64,000 nucleotides of DNA from Diplonema japonicum (taxonomy: Eukaryota; Protista; Euglenozoa: Diplonemea), in the NCBI GenBank assembly GCA_964019335.1, contig OZ025688.1:248001-312000 (forward strand), in the 5' to 3' direction. The first letter of the stretch is position 1; the number at the start of each line of letters is the position of its first letter. Positions 53,901 through 64,000 of the stretch are shown piece by piece. The translations under genes and the position numbers were made by a program. The notes under the pieces were generated by a model, which saw only the letters and a list, made by a program, of their open reading frames with translations, was not told the origin of the DNA and ran no database searches.

Positions 53901-56900
53901 GAGATCAAAGAGACATGGGATGCGTCAAAGCTGCTCACAAAGCAGCACAGGGACTCGAAAGATGTTTACATCCTGGGCGATCTGGCGGAGTTGTTGGAGA
54001 AACTAGAGGAGAACCAGCTGACCGTGCAAACGCAGATGGCGAGTCGGTACGCGAGCGGCGACGATGCCTCTGCGAAGAACATCAGGAAGCTTGTCGAGGA
54101 ATGGGACAGGAACCTTGCGGTGGTGGCCGATGTTCTTGATGAATGGGTGAACCTGCAGAAGTCCTGGATGTACCTGGAATTCATCTTCTCGTCAGACGAT
54201 ATCAAGAAGCAGCTACATGAGGAGAGCAAGATGTTTGCTGGTGTCGACAAAGACTACAAAGACCTCATGTCCCGTGCGCGGTCAAAGAGGAATGCCATCG
54301 TGGTGTGCTGCGAAGCAGGCACCCTTGAGATGCTGAAGAACGACAACCGGATACTCGATGAGGTGCAGAAGAAGCTTGAGGACTATCTCGAGACGAAGAG
54401 GGCGGCCTTCCCTCGGTTCTACTTCTTGTCGAATGACGAGCTGCTCGAGATCCTGTCCGATGTCAGGAACCCCCACAAGGTGCAGCCGCACTTGCACAAG
54501 TGCTTCGACAACATGAAAAAGATCGTTTTTAACAACGAGGAGGCGACAGAGGTGTGCGCAATGGCCTCCAATGAAGGCGAGGAGGTGAAGTTCTCGGACA
54601 TTGTGGAGACGAAGGGCAACGTTGAGTCGTGGTTAGGGAAGATCGAAGCGATGATGAAGGAGTCACTGATGAATCACATGGGGCAATGCCACCAGGGGTA
54701 CTTCAAGTGGCCGCGAGGGGAGTGGTTCTTTCAGTTCCCGGCACAGTGCATTCTCTGCGTGGACATGATCATGTGGACCTTCGAGACGGAAGAGGCGATC
54801 TCGAAGCGAGCAGAGGACCCCCAGGCAATCGAGAAGTACCTTGTGTCGTACAACGCACAGATCCACAGCACCGTGGAGGTGGTAAAACAGGACCTCGACA
54901 GGCTGAAGCGGACCATTGTGAACACGATCATCGTGATGGACGTTCACAACAGGGACATGATCAAGGGTCTAATCGACGAAGACGTCACAAAGATCAACGA
55001 GTTCGCGTGGTCCATGCAGCTGCGGTACTACTGGGTGAACTCCAACGTCAGCATCTGGCATTGTGCGGGGCAATTCTCGTATGGTTACGAGTACCTCGGC
55101 AACCAAATGAGGCTTGTGATCACTCCGTTAACCGACAGAGCCTTCCTCACCTGCACAAGTGCATTGGACATGAACTTAGGAGCTGCCCCGCAAGGACCCG
55201 CAGGTACCGGTAAGACCGAGAGTGTCAAGGACTTGGGCAAAGGCCTTGCCAGGCAGGTTGTCGTATTCAACTGTTCCGACGGAATCAACGTGTCGACGAT
55301 GGCGCAGTTCTTTGCAGGGCTTGCGCAGGCGGGGGCGTGGGCGTGCTTCGATGAGTTCAACAGAATCGACTTAGAAGTGCTTTCCGTGGTGGCCATGCAA
55401 ATGCTCACTATCACCACCAACCTGGCTCAAAAGAATGAGACGTGCGAGTTCGATGGGCACACCATCAAGCTCAACCCCGACTTCGGTGTCTACATCACCA
55501 TGAACCCTGGATACGCAGGGAGAACCGAGCTACCGGACAACTTGAAGACGCTGTTCCGCCCCATCTGCATGATGATCCCTGACTACAGGCTTATCGCCCA
55601 GATCATGTTCTACTCGGAAGGGTTCTCCGAGGCAGAGAGCTTGGCGCAGAAAATGGTGCAGCTTTACAAGCTGTCATCCGAGCAGCTCTCCAAGCAGTAT
55701 CACTACGACTTCGGTATGCGTGCCGTGAAGTCCATCCTTGTCATGGCGGGGCAGCTCAAGCGCGGGTCGCCCGACGACGATGAGGACATGCTCCTCATCA
55801 GAGCCATGCGCGATTCGAACATTCCAAAATTCCTTCGAGACGACACAGTGCTGTTCCAGGCGCTCATCAGGGACCTGTTCCCCAATGTGCAGATCCATGA
55901 AGTCTCCAACGCTGTGCTGGAAGAATACATCAACAAGGAGATGATTGACTCGGGTCTGCAGATTGTCGACACTTTCACAAACAAGGTGGTGCAGATCTAC
56001 GACACGATCGTTGTGCGTCACGGTATGATGACCGTAGGGCTCACAGAGACTGGCAAGACAGAGTGTCTCAATGCACTGAAGAAGGCTTTGACGACGATGA
56101 AGGAAAGTGGTGCCGACCCGACCGGTGACAACCCGTTGATCAACACTGTGCACACGCATTGGGTGAATCCGAAGAGCATCACCAGCGAAGAACTGTACGG
56201 GGAGGTGAACTCTGTGACAAGGGAGTGGACGGACGGTGTGCTATCGTACCTCGCGAAGCAGGTGGCGAAAGAAGGGAACGAAGGCGTCGTCGACAGGAAC
56301 TGGCTGGTGTTTGACGGTCCGGTAGACGCCGTCTGGATCGAGAACCTGAACACCGTCCTCGACGACAACAGGATGCTGTGTTTGGTGAGCGGCGAGCGTA
56401 TTAAGATCCCACGCACCGTTCTCTTCGTTTTCGAAGTTCAAGACTTAGCCGTCGCCTCTCCTGCCACCGTGTCCCGTTGCGGTATGGTGTACTTAGAACC
56501 GTTCTACCTAGAAGGGTCTGGATGGAAGCCTATTGCAAGGTCCCTCAACGCCAGGTTGCAAACAAGATACAGCGACAAATGGCTAGGCGACCGCATCGCG
56601 GAGCACACGAAGAACGTCGTCGAGCGTGCGCTGAATGTCGTGCGGAAGGAGGGCAAAGAGTGGATTGCCACGGTTGACCAGCAGCTTGTGAAGTCCATGC
56701 TGCATCTTATCGAGGCATACATCGTGGTGCATGACAACGACGACGACGAAGCACCAAACTCCGAAATGAAAAAGCAAGACGAGAACGACGAAGAGGATAA
56801 AGAAGCCGAGGCTGAAGATGAACCTGACGTAAACCCATACAGCCTGCCGAAGGAACAGCCGGCGTCCACAGACACAAAGGACGCAGGCTACTACCCGAAG

Positions 56901-59900
56901 ATAATTGACATGTACTTCGTGATGGCAATCGTATGGGCGATAGGGGGGAACATCAACGACACTGCGAGGGACAAGTTCTCGGAGCTGATCAGACCGCTGT
57001 TGCTGGAGATCTGCCCCCATTTCCCAAAGGAAGGGTCTGTGTACAACTATTGCGTGCATAAGAAGTCAGCCTCGTTCGTCCCATGGGAGTACAAAGTCCC
57101 CAACTTCGTGTATGACAGAAGCGCATCATTCTTCGACTTGTTCGTTCCCACATCAGACACTGTGTGTATGCTTTCCATGCAGAAGTTGCTGACCAACGTA
57201 GGACGGCACGTGCTCCTCAACGGAGTGACGGGGGTGGGGAAGAGCGCTATCACAATGGACTTCATCTTCAGCGACTTGAACGCAGCCGACCCGCAAGCCG
57301 ACTGGCAGTTCTTCGCGGCGGTGATGAGCGCGCAAACTTCCTCCAAAAACGTGCAGGAGCGAATGGAGTCTAAACTTCACAAGAAGAAGAACAACCTCTT
57401 TGGTGCCTCGCCAGGCAAACGCCTCGTCTTCTTCGTCGACGACATCAACATGCCCAAACAGGAGATCTACGGGGCGTCACCACCCATCGAGCTCCTCCGC
57501 CAAGTCATGTCTCACGGTGGTTTCTACGACAGGAAGAAAGTATCCCTCTTCAAAAACATCGAGGACCTTGTCCTTGTGGCCGCATGCGGTCCCCCAGGAG
57601 GGGGGAAGAATCCCATCACACAAAGGTTTACCTCTCGCTTCCACATGTTGTGCACCCCGTCGCTGTCTACGTTCTCGATGAAAAAGGTGTTCTTCTCCAT
57701 CCTGCAAGGCTTCCTTTCCATTTTCGAATCGAGCATCAAGCAGCTGTGCGGACCGATTGTGGATGCCACACTTGAATGTTACGAGAGAATGGCAAAAGAG
57801 ATGAAGCCAACACCTGCGAAGTCGCATTACACATTCAACTTGCGTGACTTATCCAAGGTGGTGCAGGGGGTGCTGCAGGTCGACGCTAAAGCACTAACAG
57901 ACAGACTAACGCTCATCAGGCTGTGGTCACACGAGGCGTCGAGGGTGTTCCACGACAGGTTGGTGGACGATAAGGACAAATCGTGGTGGTGGAGACTCAG
58001 CGAGGAGCTGTTTAGGACTATGTTCAACGAGCCGTGGGACCCGCATTACAAGGAGGTTTTGTTCGGGGACTACATGCTCAGGGAAGACAAGAAGTACGAA
58101 GAGATATTAGACATCCAGAAGTTCCACGACATGGTTGCAAACGACTATCAGATAGACTTCAACATCCAAGAAGGCTCAGAGCGTGACCTTGTCTTCTTCA
58201 AGGACGCCCTGCACCATCTGTCAAGGATCTGCAGAGTTATCCGCCAACCTCGAGGCAATGCATTACTCGTCGGTGTCGGTGGGTCTGGTCGACAGTCCCT
58301 TGCAGCGCTGGCCACATTCATGTGCAACATGAAGCGGTTCACCATCACCATCACCAGGAGCTACGGGATGAACGAGTTCCATGAGGACTTGCGCGGGGCA
58401 ATGCTTGAAGCCGGTTGTGAAAACTCTTCCTGCGTGTTCCTCCTGTCGGACAGTCAGATCATCCACGAACAGATGCTTGAGGACATCAACAACATCCTCA
58501 ACACAGGTGAAGTGCCCAACCTGCTCGAGAACGAGGACATCGACCGCATCCTTCGCGACTGCAGGAAATACGTGAAGGCCGCCAACAAACAAGAGACTCG
58601 AAATGTGATCCTTGCATTCTTCACAACGCTTGTCAGGCAGAACCTGAAGATCGTGCTCACAATGTCGCCCATCGGTGACGCTTTTAGGAACAGGCTGCGA
58701 ATGTTCCCGTCGCTTGTGAACTGCATGACGATCGATTGGTACACGAAGTGGCCGAGGGATGCGTTGTTGTCCGTTGCAGAGAAAGCCTTTACGAAGACAA
58801 ACCTCGGGACATCCGACCAGAAGGCAGGTATCTGCAGGATGTGCGTCGACATCCACAGCAGCGTGATCGACACCTCTGAGGAGTTCTACGACGCACTGCG
58901 CAGGCGGAACTACACAACACCGACGTCGTACTTGTCGCTGATCTCCAGCTACCAGGACATCCTGGCGTCGCAAACAAAGCATGTGCAAGGAAACATCTCA
59001 AGGTTCCAAGGCGGTCTGGACAAGCTCATGAACACCAGCAGAGAAGTAGACGACATGAAGGAGCTCCTCACTAAGAAACAACCAGAACTGGTCACCGCGC
59101 AGAAGAACACCGATACGCTCATGCTTGAAATCGAAGTGGAGCAGAAAGACGCTGCTGTTATCAGAGAGAATTGCCAAAAAGAAGAAGCCGACACATCTGT
59201 GATAGCAGCAGAAGCACAGTCGATATCTGATGAATGCAAAGCACAGGTTGATCTCGCGATGCCCGCCTACCACTCAGCCGTAGGTGCCCTTGACTCGTTG
59301 AGTAAGGACGACATCACGCTGCTCAAGACCATGGGCTCCCCTCCCGAGAGGGTGAAAACCACTCTTGAAGCTGTCCTGCTTCTGCTGGGCGAGAAGAATC
59401 TTGCGTGGGACAATGCGAAAAAGTTCCTTGGGCAGATGACCTTCATGAAAATGCTGAAAGAGATCGACGCCGAGGGCATCCCCGACTCGGTCATCAAGAA
59501 GATGAACAAGAACTACATGAACAACCCCGAATTCGAGCCGGACAAGGTGAAGTCCTCGTCAGTGGCAGCCATGTCCCTGTGCATGTGGGCACGGGCTGTG
59601 GTGAACTTCAACCAGGTTACGAAAAACATGGCACCGTTAAAAGCAAAACATGCAGTAGCGGAGGCGAGCCTGAAGGAGGCGCAGAGCAAGCTGCAAAAGG
59701 CTAGGGAGACGCTGGCCGAGGTAGAGAACAAAGTAGCTAAGCTGCAGGCAAACATGCAAGCGGCTGTGGATAAAAAGAAAATGCTTGAAGACGACATCGC
59801 CATGACGGAAGCGAGACTTGTAAGGGCTGACAAGCTCGTGTCAGGGCTTTCTTCAGAGAAGGAACGATGGGAGGAACAGCTGGCACAGCTCAGGGAAGAG

Positions 59901-62900
59901 TCTGCCACAATTGTGGGTACCATGCTTCTGGCTGCCGGCTCTGTAGCTTACACAGGCCCCTTCACCGCTCAGTTCCGAACCTCCCTCATCAAGACATGGA
60001 CGGAGAAAATGCAGACCGACGGCATCCCCGTCAGCAAACACTTCAGCTTTGACACCACCGCCGACCCTGTCCGCGTCCGCACATGGGGCATCAAGGGATT
60101 GCCGCTCGACAAGTTCTCAATCGAAAACGCCACAATCGCTGAGAAATCGCACAGGTGGTGCCTTTGCATCGACCCGCAGGGGCAGGCCAACAACTGGATC
60201 AAAGCGATGGAACGTGACAATGGGCTAATGGTGTTGAAGCAGTCCGAGCAGAAATTCATGCAAAAGATGGAGAATTGCATCAGGGTAGGGATCCCTGTGC
60301 TGCTAGAGAACGTCGGCGAGGAGTTGGATGCGTCCTTAGACCCAATCCTCTTAAAGCAAACCGTAAAGAAGCAGGGGCGGTTGTTCATCAGGCTGGGCGA
60401 CCAAGATGTGGAGTACGAGCCCAACTTCAGGTTCTACATCACGACGAAGATGCCCAACCCACATTACATGCCGGAGTTGCAAATCAAAGTGACGATTATC
60501 AACTTCACGGTGACTCAGAAAGGACTTGAGGACCAGCTGCTAGCGGATGTCGTGAGGTGTGAGAAGGCAGAGCTTGAGGAGCAGCTCGACCAGGTCATCG
60601 TGCAAATCTCAGACGGGAAGGCGCAGCTAAAGGACATCCAGGATCGTATCCTGGTGCAGCTCGCTGAGGCGACGGGGAACATTCTCGACAACGAGGAGCT
60701 CATTAACGCGCTGGGCGAGTCCAAGATCACCTCCGAGGCCATCGGCATCGATGTCGCAAAAGGTGAAAAGGCAAAGATCGAGATCGCCGCCACACGTGAA
60801 CGGTACCGTAATGTCGCCACGCGGGGCTCCCTTCTGTACACAGTCGTCGCCGAGATAGGTGGGATGGACCACATGTACCAGTATTCTCTTGACTTCTTCA
60901 AAGGGCAGTTCCAGCAGACACTGCAAAGGACAGAGAAGTCGGACGACATCGACAAGCGGACGGGGATCTTAATCCCAGCCGTGACCTCAGACACATACAA
61001 CACAGTCTGCAGGGGGTTGTTCGAGAAAGACAAACAGCTGTTTGCATTCTTGATGGTTGCACATATCTTCCGTGAGAACGGGCAGATCAGCGACGACGAA
61101 TGGGCGTTCATGCTGAGAGGGGGCGGGGGGCTGCGACCGCAAGACCCTGTGTCCAAACCCGACTATCTAGCTGACATTGTATGGAGCGAGGTGCAGATGC
61201 TCGGTGAGTTAGACGGCTTTGACGGATTAGTGGGGTCGATGGTCAGCGACGCTGCCGAGTGGCGTGTATGGGTGATGAACGACGAGCCGCACGAAGTAGA
61301 AATGCCTGGAGGGTTTGGCAACATGTCGCAAATGCGGCAACTCTTGATCCTGAGATGCCTGCGGGAAGACAAGGTCATGTACGGGATCACGCAAGTGGTG
61401 GGCGCGTACCTCGGCAAGATGTTCACGGAGTCCCCACAGTTCGACCTCGCGGCATCCTTCAACGACTCAACAAATGTGTCGCCTGTCATCTTCATCCTCA
61501 CGGAGGGGACCGACCCAACCACCGTCTTCTACGAGTTCGCAGCACACCACGGGTACAGTGACAGATTGCTTGTTCGATCCTTGGGTCAAGACCAAGGCAC
61601 TTTCGCTCAACAATACATCCAAGAAGGCATGCGCACAGGAGACTGGGTGTATCTCCAGAACTGCCACGTGTACTCGTCATGGATGCCGACTCTGGAAAGA
61701 CTGTGCGAAGAACTTCTTATCAAAGAAGTACACCCTGACTTCAGACTGTGGCTGACATCAAGACCGGATAAACACTTCCCCGTGGCAATCCTGCAGAGCG
61801 GGATAAAGGTGACAAAAGAACCTCCACAAGGGTTGAAGGCCAACCTGCGCGACAGTTTCTCAGGCCCGATAACAGAAGACGTGTGGGGATCTTGCAAGAA
61901 CGCGAGACCTTGGAAGCGTCTACTATTCGCGCTTACCTTCTTCCATGGCATCATCCAAGAGAGAAGGAAGTACGGTGCCTTGGGGTGGAACATAAGGTAC
62001 GCATGGAACCAGTCAGACATGGACGCGTCGATGGTGACGTTGAAGCAGTACCTTGAAGACGCTCCGGAAGATCAGCTTCCTTTCCAAGCCTTGACATACC
62101 TGACAGGTGTTATCAACTATGGAGGCAGGGTAACCGATTTCTTAGACACACGATGCTTGCGACAAATGCTAGCGAAGTTCTTCCTCCCGGACACTGTAGC
62201 TGGGAAGTTCGACATCACCCCTGATGGGGTTTACCACATCCCGGAAGAAATCGACACAGTAGATATGTGCAGGGAATACCTAGCGGAGCTACCGCCGTAT
62301 GAGAAGCCTGAGGTCTTTGGGCTTCATGGGAACGCCGACATCACCCGAGAGAAGAACGAGTCTCAAAGAATGATATTCACGTTGGTGGAAGTGCAGCCCC
62401 GTGCAGGGTCGGGCGGCGGGTCACGGTCTGCTGATGACATGGCCAGCGAGATCGCGCAGGATTTCATCAGCAGGCTCCCAACGCCCATTAATAAAACAGA
62501 TGGGCACGAGGACACATACCGTATAACGGATACCGGCGACATGATCTCTCTGGGGACATTCCTCTTGCAGGAGGTGGATGTGTTCAACTTCCTGTTGGAC
62601 GTTATTAAGAAATCGCTCCGGGACTTGATGGCGGCCATCAAGGGAGAGGTGGTCATGAGCAGCTTGCTTGAAAAGATGTTCAACGATTTCCTTGTAAACA
62701 AGTATGGAAATTATTTCCCGGAAAAAAAAAAAAAAAAAAAAAAAGAGTTCCCGAAAACTGGGGCGGCATGAAGCTGTCGTACCTTAGTAAAAAGCCTCTT
62801 GCGTCGTGGTTCATGGACACGTTGAACAGGGTGAACTTTTTGAAGGAATGGAACGACAACGGGCCACCAATGTCCTTTTGGGTCCCGGGGTTTTATTTCC

Positions 62901-63459
62901 CGCAGGTATATACTTAGAAAAAACGAACAAGGGTAAAAAAATAATTTTTTTTTATCTCGCAGGGGTTTGTTACGGCAGTGCTTCAGACACACAGTAGGAG
63001 GTTTTCTATCCCGATCGACGAATTGAGGTTCAGGACGCATGTGATGCACTGGAACGATGCCGACAAGGTAGAGGAGGAGCCAGAGACGGGGGTTTATGTT
63101 CATGGGTTTTACTTGGAAGGGGCGAGATGGAAGGAAGACACTGAGTGCTTGGGCGAAATGAACAAAGGCGAGCTCTACACAGCCTTCCCCGTCACATGGC
63201 TAGAACCCATCCTTATGACGGAAAGCATCGGTGAGCCAAGCACCACTTATGAGATACCGCTGTACAAGACCACCACAAGGGCAGGGACATTGTCCACTAC
63301 TGGTATGGTTGGGGAAAGAGAAATTTAAAAAAAAAAAAAAAATCCAATTCAGGCCTCTCGACAAACCTTGTCACCACGATGCATCTGCCATCCGGATCTA
63401 AACCACCCGATCACTGGATAATGCGGTCGGCTGCCATGCTTTGCATGTTAGATTCGTGA
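50919..63459 (+). CDS. DNAH6: Axonemal inner-arm (single-headed, DNAH6-like) dynein heavy chain, ~4129 aa; exons 50919-62701, 62746-62905, 62963-63302, 63353-63459
   Basis: FPRFYFLSNDELLEIL; P-loops GPAGTGKT, GLTETGKT, GVTGVGKS, GVGGSGRQ; CFDEFNRI; stalk coiled coil. Spliced C-terminus NKVPENW..KPLASW..FWVPGFYFPQGFVTAVLQ..GVYVHGFYLEGARW..RAGTLSTTGLSTN. The subfamily call rests on the N-terminal FVYLN..PYDLQVV..EW.RE..I.FFK motif and is less certain than the family call. Confidence 0.95.
62702..62745 (+). other. 44-nt spliceosomal intron
   Basis: AA|gtatgg...poly(A)ag|A; restores NKVPENW. Confidence 0.92.
62906..62962 (+). other. 57-nt spliceosomal intron
   Basis: CAG|gtatat...tcgcag|GGG; restores FPQGFVTAVLQ. 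Confidence 0.93.
63303..63352 (+). other. 50-nt spliceosomal intron
   Basis: G|gtatgg...aattcag|GC; restores STTGLSTNLV. Confidence 0.93.
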
Positions 63460-63769
63460 TATCTCCTTTTCTTAAGTGATTTTTTTTCTTCTTCTTTTTT
63501 CTTTTTAGTTCGTATTTTCTTTTTTATTTATTTATGTGTATAGACACGAATAACAAAAAGGGTGTGTGGAATGGGGAACGGGAAAAAAGAAGAAAAAAAA
63601 AAAGAAAAAGAGGGAAAATAAGAAAATCACACCCTGTTACCCCTCCTTCCCCTCCCTCTTCAATATCTGAATAAGTTTTTTTTTTTTTGTCATCGCTTTT
63701 TAGAATTTCAAACAAAAAAAAAAAAAGAAATACCAAACAACAACAACAACAAGGGGGAAGAAAAAAAAA

Positions 63770-64000
63770 ATGCTGTTCCGTCGCTTACCATTGCGTGCGG
63801 CGGCAAGGTGGTACGGAACAAGCGAAGCGCCTTCGACAAGCCCCGCAGCGCCGAAGAAGAAAAAGATGAAAAATAGGATTCTGCGAAGGCCCAGGGACCA
63901 AAAGCCCATTCTACGCAACCCTGGCACGCTCTCTGTACAAGGGATACGAGAAGAGGCAGAAGCCCTACCCGAGGTGGACCTGCCCCCTGTCGAAACCAGG
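63770..64000 (+). CDS. 5' part of a probable mitochondrion-targeted protein (runs off window)
   Basis: ATG after poly(A); MLFRRLPLRAAARWY resembles a mitochondrial presequence; frame open to the window end. Confidence 0.65.
   Translation, partial: MLFRRLPLRAAARWYGTSEAPSTSPAAPKKKKMKNRILRRPRDQKPILRNPGTLSVQGIREEAEALPEVDLPPVETR

Noticed and set aside
62702-62771. Dynein apparently truncated or frameshifted at a poly(A) run (pseudogene or programmed frameshift)
   Set aside because: Three GT-AG introns restore the full conserved C-terminus.
1-64000. tRNA, rRNA or spliced-leader RNA genes
   Set aside because: None recognised by eye; a covariance-model scan would be needed to exclude them.

Overview
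This is eukaryotic nuclear DNA, most likely a euglenozoan and diplonemid-like (inference). Every credible gene lies on the + strand, intergenic spacers are short and rich in poly(T)/poly(A), and the few introns are tiny (38-63 nt) GT-AG introns. Both flanks carry single-copy genes: a membrane protein, two WD40/coiled-coil proteins, conserved hypotheticals, a cNMP-binding-domain protein and a ~4129-aa axonemal dynein heavy chain whose 3' end I reconstructed across three introns. Between them is a ~36 kb island (11.3-47.1 kb) of secreted/surface cysteine-protein genes. The island holds (i) 15 intact genes plus 1 pseudogene for ~120-127-aa proteins with a signal peptide, a six-Cys variable core and a GPI-type tail, and (ii) four large modular Cys-rich secreted proteins: three near-identical 1194-aa copies on a 5121-bp period and one 606-aa rearranged variant. 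The island shows CDS-limited homogenisation with unrelated 3' flanks, a shared C-terminal cassette, an excess of amino-acid changes in one paralog, a chimeric upstream region, and several truncated retroposon-like 3' ends that share a conserved stem-loop.
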